In this document: positions 48,770 through 58,690 of the stretch, one piece after another
Position numbering within the stretch: position 1 is the first letter of the stretch
Layout: every line of letters begins with the position of its first letter
Origin: Candidatus Poribacteria bacterium
GTDB taxonomy: Bacteria > Poribacteria > WGA-4E > JAJDTR01
NCBI GenBank assembly: GCA_965222225.1
Contig: CBDCTK010000002.1
Span: forward strand, 3,744,001 to 3,808,000
DNA: 64,000 bases
Reading direction: 5' to 3'
The notes under the pieces: generated by a model
The model's input: the letters and a program-made list of their open reading frames with translations, nothing else
What the model was told of the DNA's origin: nothing
The model's database searches: none
Made by a program: the position numbers and the translations under genes

Positions 48770-50239
48770 GTGTCGCCGTTGACAAATATCCAAAGCATTC
48801 CCTACTTTATTCCCGAACTGATTCTCGTGGTTTTTGCGGTGAGCGCCATTTTGCTCGATCTGGTGAATAAGGGCAAGAACACCGAGCGGGTCGCTTATCT
48901 TGCGCTTATCGGCGTGGCGGCGACGCTGGTTGCGGTCATTGCCGTCGGATCGTCGGAACACCGGCTCTTCCTCGGCATGATTCGGCTCGACAGTTTCGCG
49001 GTGTTCTTCAAGACCCTCATCTTGACAGCCACGGCGGTGACGATTGTGTTCTCCATCAAGTCGGAGGAACTTGACGCGCGAATGAAAGGGGAATACTACG
49101 CGCTCCTGATTGCCGTGACATTCGGGATGTTCCTCATGGTGTCGTCAACGAATCTGTTGATGATTTTTATCTCGCTAGAGACGGTGAGTCTGACCTCCTA
49201 CATCTTGGCGGGATTCTTGACACATAACCCGCGCTCAAGCGAAGCGGCGTTCAAGTATATCACCTTTGGGGCAGTGGCATCGGGGACAATGCTGTTCGGT
49301 TTTTCACTTCTGTTCGGGTTGACGGGCACGGGGGATGTGGTGCAGATTAGCAGCCGACTAACGGAGATGTTTAGCGCGGGCGAAGTTTATCCGCTTGTCG
49401 TATTGGTAATTATCACGTTTATCCTTGCGGGCGTCGGCTACAAGATGGCGTCGGTGCCGTTCCACATGTGGTCGCCCGATGTTTACGAAGGCGCGCCGAT
49501 TCCTATCACCGCGTTCCTATCGGTGGCGTCGAAAGCCGCCGGGTTCGCGCTGTTCATTCGGCTTTTCTATTCGACGTTCCGAGAGTCAAATATCGTCGGG
49601 GCTGTCGATTGGTCGCTTATGCTGGCGATTGTCTCCGCACTGACGATGACTGTGGGTAATCTTGCCGCACTGCCGCAGCAGAACGTCAAGAGGCTGCTCG
49701 CGTATTCAAGCATAGCGCACGGCGGATACCTACTCATGGGCGCAGTTTTGCTCACGCCCGAAGGCCTCCAAGCCATTCTCTTTTACCTGATTGTCTATCT
49801 GTTTATGAACTTGGGGGCATTCTTTGTCGTTATCCTGGTCGCGAACGAGCTGGGGAGTGAAACGATTGACGGTTACCGGAATCTCAAATCCCGTGCGCCG
49901 TTCGTGGCGGTAGCAATGGCAATCTTTCTATTCTCGCTGACCGGCCTCCCTCCCTTTGCCGGATTTTTCGGCAAATGGCTGCTTTTTTCGGCAGTCATCA
50001 AACAAGAACTTTACTGGCTGGCGGTTATCGGCTTGCTGAACTCGGTTGTCTCGCTTTACTACTACGCACGAATCGTGAAGGCGATGTTTCTGGAGTCCTC
50101 CGATGAGACGGAGACGATTTCTTTTTCGCGCGGCAATCTTGCGCTGCTGATTGTGTTCGTTGTGCCGACGCTGGTTATCGGTTTCTGGAACACCGTTTAT
50201 GAGGTGTCAAGAGCTTCGCTTGGGAGGATTGTTGGTTAG
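48770..50239 (+). CDS. nuoN: NADH-quinone oxidoreductase subunit N
   Basis: SEAAFKY, PFHMWSPDVYEGAP, KRLLAYSSIAHGGY. Confidence 0.97.
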   Translation: MSPLTNIQSIPYFIPELILVVFAVSAILLDLVNKGKNTERVAYLALIGVAATLVAVIAVGSSEHRLFLGMIRLDSFAVFFKTLILTATAVTIVFSIKSEELDARMKGEYYALLIAVTFGMFLMVSSTNLLMIFISLETVSLTSYILAGFLTHNPRSSEAAFKYITFGAVASGTMLFGFSLLFGLTGTGDVVQISSRLTEMFSAGEVYPLVVLVIITFILAGVGYKMASVPFHMWSPDVYEGAPIPITAFLSVASKAAGFALFIRLFYSTFRESNIVGAVDWSLMLAIVSALTMTVGNLAALPQQNVKRLLAYSSIAHGGYLLMGAVLLTPEGLQAILFYLIVYLFMNLGAFFVVILVANELGSETIDGYRNLKSRAPFVAVAMAIFLFSLTGLPPFAGFFGKWLLFSAVIKQELYWLAVIGLLNSVVSLYYYARIVKAMFLESSDETETISFSRGNLALLIVFVVPTLVIGFWNTVYEVSRASLGRIVG

Positions 50240-50278
50240 AAGCTGGCGGGGTGTATGGTTGTGATAAGGCAATATCCG

Positions 50279-50309
50279 AAAGCGAGCGCATGCGCTCGCT
50301 TTTTTCTTT
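50279..50309 (+). terminator. Intrinsic terminator after nuoN
   Basis: AAAGCGAGCGCATGCGCTCGCTTT palindrome plus T run. Confidence 0.8.
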
Positions 50310-50402
50310 GCTGCAAGATATTCTGTAAATCTCATCCCAAGAACGGATCCGGAATTCACTGTGTTATCTGATTAAACGAGCTAGAAAAAAGAGGATATAC
50401 TC

Positions 50403-50963
50403 TTGCAGCAAGCCCTCCATTCCCCAGACTCAAACATCGTCTACTTCGATCTTGAGACGCAGAAGAGCGCCGCCGAAGTCGGTGGTTGGACGAATATCCG
50501 CCGCATGAGACTCGCTGTCGGTGTCACTTATAGCACCGCCTCGGGGCGGTATGAAACATACTACGAGGAGGCAGCGGATGCGTTAGTTGAAGAGCTATCG
50601 GGAGCGGATCTTGTCGTCGGTTTCAATGTCAATCGATTCGATTATACCGTGCTTTCGCCATATACCTCGGTTCCGCTCTGGCGACTGCCAACGTTCGATA
50701 TGCTGGAGCACGTCACTCGTACACTCGGATTTCGTTTGAGTTTGGATGCTTTAGCCCGTGCGACGCTGAATGAGGCTAAATCCGCCGACGGGTTGCAGTC
50801 GCTGCGATGGTGGAAGGCCGGTAAGCGCGATCTGGTGACAGAATACTGTCGAAAGGATGTCGAAATTACGCGGCGATTGCACGAATATGCGCGTGAAAAG
50901 GGTTATCTGTTATATATTGGTCGAGATAGACTGAAAAACCGGGTTGATACAAAGCATTGGTGA
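50403..50963 (+). CDS. RNase H-like (YprB/RNase_H_2) DEDD exonuclease-domain protein
   Basis: YFDLETQ, VGFNVNRFD, LSLDAL, YCRKDV. Confidence 0.85.
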   Translation: MQQALHSPDSNIVYFDLETQKSAAEVGGWTNIRRMRLAVGVTYSTASGRYETYYEEAADALVEELSGADLVVGFNVNRFDYTVLSPYTSVPLWRLPTFDMLEHVTRTLGFRLSLDALARATLNEAKSADGLQSLRWWKAGKRDLVTEYCRKDVEITRRLHEYAREKGYLLYIGRDRLKNRVDTKHW

Positions 50964-50977
50964 GAGGCAACCGACTA

Positions 50978-52198
50978 TTACAGTTTTATAATTCCGAGAT
51001 TTTTCTCCGCAATAATCTCTGTCCCCCACTTCTGTGAAAGCGTTCGCATCTCATCAATCGCAGCCCCTGCCGCATCACCCGATAACGGTCGCGGTTGAAA
51101 TTGCACCTCACGGTTGTTAACGTTTATCGGGATAATCTCCCCCCGTTTTGTCTCTCCATCCCTAAAGGTAACGCGCAGGATTGCACCCGTGTGCTTACTC
51201 TTGCTACAAGATCCGAACACGAAATTCCCCAAGCTATAGGCGATGATTTTGTCCTTATAAACCTCAATCCCCTGCAAGACATGAGGGTGATGACCAAAAA
51301 CGAGGTCCGCGCCGGCATCAATGACCCCCCTGCCCAGCCATTCTTGATATTCGCGCGGTTCGGTAACGAGTTCGCCACTCCAATGGAAGGAGACAACGAC
51401 GAGGTCCGCCCATTCCCTCGCCGCCTTGATGTCGGGAACAAAAATCTCCGCTACTCCATTTACTGTCCCCGGACTAGCTTCATCGGCAAAGAATTCAAAC
51501 GGATATGTCTTGGAGTACGCCAGAACCGCAATTTGTGTGTCCTTTGATTTCACAATTGCGGGCAGTCTCGCCGTTTGGAGATTAGGTCCGGCGCCACAAT
51601 ACCGAAGTTTGAAGGTGGTTAAAACCTCCAGCGTTTCCAGCAGTGCATCATCCCCATAATCGCCCATGTGATTATTGGCGAGCGCAAGCACGTCAAAACC
51701 TGCGTTGGCAATGCCCTTAGCAAGCTTGGGTTCACCGATAAACGTGAAATCCTTTTCCGGTAAAGGGGCGCCGGTCACGCCGAGGGGCATCTCAAGATTT
51801 CCGATCGCGAGGTCCGCCGCCGCAATAATTGCGCGCATGCCGTCGAACGGGTAATCAACGCCATGTTGCTCGATTATCGGCTTAGCGCTGCCCACCAACA
51901 TAATGTCCCCTACACAGAGGATGCTTGTTTCTCCGGGTTGGAAATCGAATTCGTGATTTCCAGCTTTCGAGTGCGGAGCCGATTCGATGTAAGGTGCACT
52001 TTCAGGAACACTAGAACCGTTCAACGCCAGTTTGCCATTGAGCGGTGATGCTTCCTCGACACACACGGTTGAGGAGGATTTATGCACGGAATCTACAGCG
52101 TTGTCTGTCTTAGCCGGTGTAGCAATGGAGAGTTCAGCATAAGCAATCATAGTGAGCGAGACAAACTGCACGCTATGCTTAATTTTCAGCATCGGCAT
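50978..52198 (-). CDS. CapA (PGA_cap) family metallophosphoesterase
   Basis: VGDIML, GNLE, LANNHMGDYG, FHWSGE, GHHPHV, YSLGNF. Confidence 0.92.
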   Translation of the reverse strand: MPMLKIKHSVQFVSLTMIAYAELSIATPAKTDNAVDSVHKSSSTVCVEEASPLNGKLALNGSSVPESAPYIESAPHSKAGNHEFDFQPGETSILCVGDIMLVGSAKPIIEQHGVDYPFDGMRAIIAAADLAIGNLEMPLGVTGAPLPEKDFTFIGEPKLAKGIANAGFDVLALANNHMGDYGDDALLETLEVLTTFKLRYCGAGPNLQTARLPAIVKSKDTQIAVLAYSKTYPFEFFADEASPGTVNGVAEIFVPDIKAAREWADLVVVSFHWSGELVTEPREYQEWLGRGVIDAGADLVFGHHPHVLQGIEVYKDKIIAYSLGNFVFGSCSKSKHTGAILRVTFRDGETKRGEIIPINVNNREVQFQPRPLSGDAAGAAIDEMRTLSQKWGTEIIAEKNLGIIKL

Positions 52199-52507
52199 GT
52201 CTCATGTACTAATTCTTGCCTAGGTTTGTTTGTACCGGATCTGTCGTATTCGGATCGTCGGCTATGATTGATTGCACCCACCTCATTCGACCACTCTTTC
52301 AGCCTTCCCATCTTTCTCCTTCTTGATTATGCACTATTGCTAGAATATCACAGTTTGATTGGCAATTTTCATGCCTTTTCTTTGCCGGCAGCTTTTTATT
52401 GCTTTGCTACCCCTTGTCTGCTATACTTACACTTGATGTAGAGGTCTACCCTCCGTGCGTTCCATCATACGTCCATTTCATCTGGAACCGCAGAAAGGCA
52501 TAAACCT

Positions 52508-53053
52508 GTGACCCTAGCAGAGGTATTTAACGCATGTCAGGATATTGAGCTGAGACAAGCAAAGTTGTACGCCGCGCTATCCTTACTCTTGGGCGAAGTC
52601 GACGAACGCATCGCCCGGTTTTGGGAGCAGATGAGTACAGAGGAGTGGCAACACTATATGCTCGTCGACTTTGGTCGGTCACTATGCGCTCAGACAATTG
52701 GCTTGGACGCGCCTGCCGTAGGGCTTCCCGGGGTGCCCATTCAACAGATTACTGACGCGTTGAGCGAGCATGAGCAGCAAGTTGATGGTGGGCGAATAAC
52801 GCTGAATGGGGCTTTTGAGATTGCCATTGCTATTGAAGGCAGCGAGGCGGACACTATCTACATGTATTTGCTCTCTACTATCAAAAGAGCAATTTACGAA
52901 AGTGACCAGCCGTACCTGATTAGCCGTATCTCACAGGTGGAGAAGGATATGGCGGCGCACATCGACCTTTTGATCGACTCTACCCGGCGGTTTTCCAAAA
53001 TTCCAGAACTGGTTCGAAGGGCGCAGGCGCTGAAGGAACACCACGCCCATTAA
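52508..53053 (+). CDS. Ferritin/rubrerythrin-like protein
   Basis: IE...LY...FWEQMSTEEWQH, AIAIE, AAH helical-bundle pattern. Confidence 0.65.
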   Translation: MTLAEVFNACQDIELRQAKLYAALSLLLGEVDERIARFWEQMSTEEWQHYMLVDFGRSLCAQTIGLDAPAVGLPGVPIQQITDALSEHEQQVDGGRITLNGAFEIAIAIEGSEADTIYMYLLSTIKRAIYESDQPYLISRISQVEKDMAAHIDLLIDSTRRFSKIPELVRRAQALKEHHAH

Positions 53054-53159
53054 TTTAGGAATCAAGCTGGCGATGGACGGAATGCGAGAATTGCCGGGAG
53101 TCAAGTCAGGCTAGCGGAATTGCGTAGTTAATCTCACAGAATCAGTTTTGCGAGGGTAA

Positions 53160-53807
53160 TTACGCATTGACTGCCCATTCCAACGGCTCGTTTTGCAGAT
53201 AAGGGCGTAAGAGGGTTTGGAGGCGGCGGTGCGCATGATGAAGATGTGCCTTGATTGTTCCTTCGGACCTATCCAACCGAGCGGCAATCTCTTTTAGTTG
53301 GAGACCTTCATGATAACGAAGATTAAAGACCCGTTGTTGCCCCGGGGGAAGCTGGCTAACCGCTTTGCCTATAATTTGACCGAGTTCGCTTGATTCCGCT
53401 TGGTCCGGCGGACGTGGTCTTGAATCGTTGAAAATGAGTTCGTTTTCGGCGATTGTCGGGTTCAAATCATCAAACGATACGGTTCGCTTTCGGTTTTGTT
53501 GACGAATAAAGTCAATACAACGATTGATTGCGATCCGATAGATCCAGCTATAGAATGCCGATTCCTGCTTAAAATTGGGTAGGGCTTGGTACGCTTTGAT
53601 GAATATCTCTTGACAAAGGTCTTTGGCAGTCTCGGGATTGGACACGTGTTTATAAACCAAACTGTAGATTCTGCCTTGGTATCGGACGATCAATTCATTG
53701 AAGACACTCCGCTCGCCGCACTGGAATCGGTCAATAAGTGCGTACTCGTCGATAGGATTTGGATCCAACGGTAAATCGACCACGGATATACGATTGGAAT
53801 TAGCCAC
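53160..53807 (-). CDS. ECF RNA polymerase sigma factor
   Basis: DLCQEIFIKAY, FYSWIYRIAIN, EIAARLDRSEGTIKAHLHHA. Confidence 0.93.
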   Translation of the reverse strand: MANSNRISVVDLPLDPNPIDEYALIDRFQCGERSVFNELIVRYQGRIYSLVYKHVSNPETAKDLCQEIFIKAYQALPNFKQESAFYSWIYRIAINRCIDFIRQQNRKRTVSFDDLNPTIAENELIFNDSRPRPPDQAESSELGQIIGKAVSQLPPGQQRVFNLRYHEGLQLKEIAARLDRSEGTIKAHLHHAHRRLQTLLRPYLQNEPLEWAVNA

Positions 53808-54065
53808 TTTTTTGCTCCCTAATACCGGTCAAATCCCCTGATTGTCGAGTTTTCGAACAAGTTCGTTGGTCAACAGATGTCCCCTAATTGAACACCTAGA
53901 TCGAACAATCGTTCCGAAATTCGGAACAATTATAGGCACTCAGAGGTAGGGTTGAATGCACGAGCTCCCGTAATGAAGTAACTTTGCGGCTTTCCAATAT
54001 ATTGCCCATCAATCCGATTCCCTTCCGGCACGAATCTTGCCATTCGAGTTGTTTTGACATGTCCC

Positions 54066-55442
54066 ATGCCTCGATATAGCATTCAGAACAAAATTGTCTT
54101 GCCATTCCTGGTACTTTTCATCGCCGTTCTCCTCGTTGTTCCGCTTATCACCATTGCCCTCTTCGATCAAACATACAATAGGCAGTTCAGCCGTGAAACC
54201 GAGGGATGGTTAAAGGTCATTAAAACCACGGGTTACGTCGTAATGCCAGAGCAAGTTCAACAAGCGTACGGCGTGGAAGTCATGGTCTTCGGCGCAAGCA
54301 ACGCTTTGAACTTCACCACACTCGACGACTTGTCGGATGACGGTATGGTTAATTTGACAACCGATATGAAATTGCGGGCAGCCCGACAGAAGATTACGGA
54401 ATCGGGCGACGCGCTGGTGTCGCAAAACGTCGTTCTTGATGGCAAGCCCTATAAGGTCATCTATGACTCCCTGGCACAGGGACGGCTGTATTGCTTGCTC
54501 CGACCGATGGACGACATAGCGGAAGGGAAGCGCCGACTGACGTGGTTGATTTCGGGAATCGCCGTCGTTGTCATTTCATTAGTTGCGCTTACCAGCCATT
54601 TAATTGGGCGAAATCTCTCAAATCCGATCAAAATTTTGGTGCAATTTACACGTCAGGTCGCCGAGGGCAGGCTGGATGGCCAGTGCAACGTGAAAAGCGA
54701 CGATGAAATCGGTGACTTAACCACCGCCTTCAATCAAATGACTCGCGACTTGCGAGATTCACGGAACGAACTTATCCGCGCCGAGCGGCTTGCCACCGCT
54801 GGAAGAATGGCGGCGTCGTTTGCACACGAAATACGGAATCCGTTGTCCTCTATGCGGATGTTAGCCCAAATGTTGATGCAGAGGAAAGATTTACCGGTCT
54901 CAAAGCGCGAACAGTCGGTAGGCTATATCCTTGAAGAGATAGAACGGATCGATGTCATCGTGAGAGGATTTATGAATTTTGCCCGGCCGGCAGCGCTTGA
55001 ACTTGAAACGCACAATCTCAACCAAGCGCTTGAAGAAGTACTCAATGTTATGGGAGCGAACTTAAATCATCACCAGATCACGCTTGTCAAGAAATTTGAA
55101 TCGGAACTCCCTCCAATTCGGTTTGATCGGGACAAAGTGAAACAGGGGTTCATGAACATCGTGCTGAATGCGATGGAGGCAATGTCAGAGGGCGGTACCG
55201 TGGAGGTAGAGACCTCACGCCATGACAACCGTGTTCAAGTTGATGTGGTTGACCCCGGAACTGGCATCGCCTCCAAGGATTTGGAGCAACTGTTTGAACC
55301 GTTTTTCACGACCAAGCTGCAGGGATCAGGACTTGGACTGGCGAACACAAAGCGGATTCTGGAGCAACACGGCGGAGGAGTGACCATCCAAAGTTCAGAG
55401 GGGAAGGGGACGAGAGTGTCTTTTTGGTTGCCTTTAACGTAA
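54066..55442 (+). CDS. HAMP-domain sensor histidine kinase
   Basis: Two TMs, DEIGDLTTAFNQM, AHEIRNPL, NAMEA, FEPFFTTK, GLGL. Confidence 0.95.
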   Translation: MPRYSIQNKIVLPFLVLFIAVLLVVPLITIALFDQTYNRQFSRETEGWLKVIKTTGYVVMPEQVQQAYGVEVMVFGASNALNFTTLDDLSDDGMVNLTTDMKLRAARQKITESGDALVSQNVVLDGKPYKVIYDSLAQGRLYCLLRPMDDIAEGKRRLTWLISGIAVVVISLVALTSHLIGRNLSNPIKILVQFTRQVAEGRLDGQCNVKSDDEIGDLTTAFNQMTRDLRDSRNELIRAERLATAGRMAASFAHEIRNPLSSMRMLAQMLMQRKDLPVSKREQSVGYILEEIERIDVIVRGFMNFARPAALELETHNLNQALEEVLNVMGANLNHHQITLVKKFESELPPIRFDRDKVKQGFMNIVLNAMEAMSEGGTVEVETSRHDNRVQVDVVDPGTGIASKDLEQLFEPFFTTKLQGSGLGLANTKRILEQHGGGVTIQSSEGKGTRVSFWLPLT

Positions 55443-55542
55443 AGGCGATCTCGTGCCGGTTATAGCCATTGTAACTAAGAATTATACATACAGGATTTAC
55501 GCAGTTCGGCTGTATAGTGAAATCCAACGTTCCAACCCAACT

Positions 55543-55641
55543 GAAGCGAGCGAATAGCGAGTAGGATTTTCTATCGCGTTGGGATCTCTGTAGGATCTCT
55601 ATCGCGGCCGCTATCCACTCAGTTGATCGTTCCCTTGATCC
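55543..55641. repeat. GA-hairpin cluster with rare minus-strand units
   Basis: Partial plus-strand unit followed by GGATCTCTATCGC...TTGATC reverse copies. Confidence 0.75.
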
Positions 55642-55926
55642 CTCCGTCGTGCCGTAAGGTGCACAAGGGTTACGGCATATGGAGTATGCCTACTACTGGC
55701 AAAATATGTCAAAATGAATGTGAATGACTATAGAAATTCATGGGACATTATGGCAGGCTGACATTAATTCGTCAAGCAACAAGCAGTAGTCAGTGGCTGG
55801 TTGCCTGTAGCCAGTAAACACCCGGGCGGGGAATTATAGAAACCGATTTTTCGAGAAAAGATTCGGTGATTTAACGATTGCCTATCATCCGAGATCTGAT
55901 GATTGACGATTGCCGGCAGTTCTCCC

Positions 55927-58662
55927 TTAACGTATTGACGGTTTCTTGACTTTTTGCCGGTTTAACGGCAGCACCGCGAGGACGCAAGACGCGCCAATCC
56001 ACTGCCACTCCCTCAACATTAGAGGAGTTGTTCCGAAAATCTTGGCTGCCGGTTCCAAGTAAACAACCGCCGCATGCAGTCCCATACAAACAAGGATAAT
56101 AACGAGCAAGGGGAGGTTAGCCGCTATCCTTTGAGGGAGGGATTCCCAAGCGTAACGGCGATACTGGAAGTTGGAGAATAATTGCGTGAAAATGAGAATG
56201 GTGCACGCCGTGGTTTGAGCAACCGTCTCGGTTTTTGCCCAGTTCCCGGAGGTAACCCCAACCATTACAAGAAAACCGACAATTGCGAGACCGCTGATGA
56301 ACAAACTGCGGAACAGATCGGAGCGGTGAGATGTGTGCAGGAACGGAGGGACTTTCCGAGATCTGCTGTATCTGTATCGTTCTTGGATCCGGTCACTGCC
56401 CAAGTAGATGAGCGGAACGAGGTTAACAAGGAAGTGAATCCAGATAATCTGGTGCAGAGTCAGCGGCATCGGCAGACCGTATAACTGATGCAGGACAAAT
56501 CCCGCGACAAGCGTGATCAGTTGAGCAAGCGTAGATGAGAGCAGCCACCGCATCGAGTTTCTGAGGTTGTCATACGCTTCCCGGGTATGGTGCAACAAAG
56601 CCTCGATTACCGCAAAGCCCTCCTTAAGCATTAAACAACCCGCATGTTTCTGTACCACGTGACAGGCATGCGATGCCGAAGCGAAACCCACGTCGGCGGC
56701 TTTCATGGCGCGCGTGTCCAGAGGTCGCCGCCCCAAAAACCCCAACGTATAACCATGACGTCCGAGATATTGCACAACCCTGAGCCGCTGCGCCGCCGAA
56801 AGTTTGCAATAGACCAAGCAACGACTGATAATAAAATCGTAATCTTCCCCGTGGTCGTCAAAATCGGCTCTCTCCGCGACTGTGTTTCTGTCCTGAGTAA
56901 TACCGGTTTCCTTGGCGAGTTCGGCAGCCATCTGTCGATTCTTGTCCGTGATCATTACTATCTTCATTCCCGCGTCCATGCAAGATTCAACGGACGCCTT
57001 CGCTCTCTCAAGGGCGGATGTTGAAAACGCCACTAGTCCTAAAAACGTGGCGCTACATTTCATTTCGTTTTGCGAATCGGCGACGCCTGAAATCCTATGT
57101 GCTACGCCCAAGACGTGGGCGCCCCTATTGTATAGATGTTCGGCTACCTGCCCAATCAACGCCGCCTGATCCGGAACAATCTCGTGCACGGATCCTTGAT
57201 TTTGCATGGATCGACAAGCTTGCAGCACGATTGCCGGCTCACCAAGTATCATCTCGAGTTGTTTCTCGCCTCCGGTTTCGAACACGAATCCTTTATATGG
57301 ATGATTCGGTGTCTCGGGGATTTCATCAACCAATGGTAGCTCCGTGTCATAACGAGCGAGATCGTAACCGATCCGGAGGGCAACTTCTTTAAGCGCGGTG
57401 TAGACATCTACGCCATGCGAATTGCCGTATTGATACTGCCTACCGCTCGCGCATCGGCTCGCCGCCAATATCAACAGTGGAAATCCGTGCGGTACTTGAG
57501 ACTCCGACGGCGGCACAGGAAGCGTGTTTCCATCCGCTTCGCCGGATGCCGTCTCTAGCATTGCGAGCCACTCTTCCCAGGAGGCATGCTCGACCAATTG
57601 ATCGTCCACGAACACATGAGAGAGAGAGAGCCGTGCTTTCGTGATAGCGCCTATTTCGTCTACACAAACGGCAGTGAGGTTATTCAGCGCCTCCAGCGTA
57701 TTCAGACGCTGAATCGCAACTCCCTTTCTCAGCATCTTATTAGCGTTGTCGGCAAGAATTGATCGGGCGGTCAAAGCGATGCCGTCCGGAACGGAAGCGA
57801 TAGCAAACCCCAATCCTAGAAGAAGCAACTCGGGCCATTCCGGTGAGACATCGGCGGCTCTATTCAGCCCCCAAGTAATCGCGATGACAAGGGTGGCAAT
57901 GATTAGACCGGCAAAACTGAAACAGTTGTAGAAAAAGCGCATCTGTCGCTCAGCTTCCGTCGGACGGTCCGGTGGTGGAAGTTTCCGTTTGCTAATCTTA
58001 CGGAGCTCGAGATTTTTGCCCGTCTTCACTACGATTGCCCGTCCGTTGCCTGCGGTCACATACGTCCCTCCAAAAACCATATTTCTTTGCTTCTCAGGTG
58101 GTACGGCAACGGCTTCCGGCATGCCTTCGGCACGTTTCGGGACCGATACGGCTCCATCGAACAACGGTGTTTCATCAACAACCAGTGAATCCACTTCGAC
58201 GATGCGAGCATCGGCGGGGATATAGTCTCCTTCGTCAAGAATGAGCAAATCTCCCGGTACAACATCTTTGGGGATAATCTTGGTTAGTAAGCCGCCGCGA
58301 ATGGCGGAGAGGTGTATGTCGGAGTGTTTATGGATGGATTGTAGATGATTTCGAGTTTTGGCGGCTTGGGCAAACCTCCAAAGGACATGGAATCCCAGGA
58401 TAGCAGCGATCACAATCGCCTCGCGGCTCGCCTGTTTAGAATACCATAGCACGGCAACGGTAACCGCCAGAAGCAACACGGGAATATTCGCAAATTGCTT
58501 CAGGAAGAGTAGAGGCAGGCGAGATTCAGGTGTCGGGTCTACTTCATTATCGCCGAAGTTTTGGCGTTGGGTTCTTACCGCATCATTGGTAAGCCCACGT
58601 TCAAGATCTGTCCCGAACTCGTGTAAAATGTGTGGAATGGTCTGAGTGTGCCAGTCTGGCAT
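55927..58662 (-). CDS. P-II-type cation ATPase homologue with degenerate catalytic motifs
   Basis: Full architecture (GLT..FGDN, VVPGD, GDYIPADAR, RNMVFGGT, ~10 TMs) but DKTGT, TGES, TGD and GDGxND are altered. Confidence 0.85.
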   Translation of the reverse strand: MPDWHTQTIPHILHEFGTDLERGLTNDAVRTQRQNFGDNEVDPTPESRLPLLFLKQFANIPVLLLAVTVAVLWYSKQASREAIVIAAILGFHVLWRFAQAAKTRNHLQSIHKHSDIHLSAIRGGLLTKIIPKDVVPGDLLILDEGDYIPADARIVEVDSLVVDETPLFDGAVSVPKRAEGMPEAVAVPPEKQRNMVFGGTYVTAGNGRAIVVKTGKNLELRKISKRKLPPPDRPTEAERQMRFFYNCFSFAGLIIATLVIAITWGLNRAADVSPEWPELLLLGLGFAIASVPDGIALTARSILADNANKMLRKGVAIQRLNTLEALNNLTAVCVDEIGAITKARLSLSHVFVDDQLVEHASWEEWLAMLETASGEADGNTLPVPPSESQVPHGFPLLILAASRCASGRQYQYGNSHGVDVYTALKEVALRIGYDLARYDTELPLVDEIPETPNHPYKGFVFETGGEKQLEMILGEPAIVLQACRSMQNQGSVHEIVPDQAALIGQVAEHLYNRGAHVLGVAHRISGVADSQNEMKCSATFLGLVAFSTSALERAKASVESCMDAGMKIVMITDKNRQMAAELAKETGITQDRNTVAERADFDDHGEDYDFIISRCLVYCKLSAAQRLRVVQYLGRHGYTLGFLGRRPLDTRAMKAADVGFASASHACHVVQKHAGCLMLKEGFAVIEALLHHTREAYDNLRNSMRWLLSSTLAQLITLVAGFVLHQLYGLPMPLTLHQIIWIHFLVNLVPLIYLGSDRIQERYRYSRSRKVPPFLHTSHRSDLFRSLFISGLAIVGFLVMVGVTSGNWAKTETVAQTTACTILIFTQLFSNFQYRRYAWESLPQRIAANLPLLVIILVCMGLHAAVVYLEPAAKIFGTTPLMLREWQWIGASCVLAVLPLNRQKVKKPSIR

Positions 58663-58690
58663 AATTGACTCAACTAGAAGGGTGGGTTGT

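Noticed and set aside
1587-55641. Hairpin units as a coding peptide repeat (SIA[FLV]xI[RH]S[LFV]D in several short ORFs) or DGR-type variable repeats
   Set aside because: Variation is explained by base-pair compensation; frames are inconsistent and contain stops; changes are not adenine-specific and no reverse transcriptase is in the window
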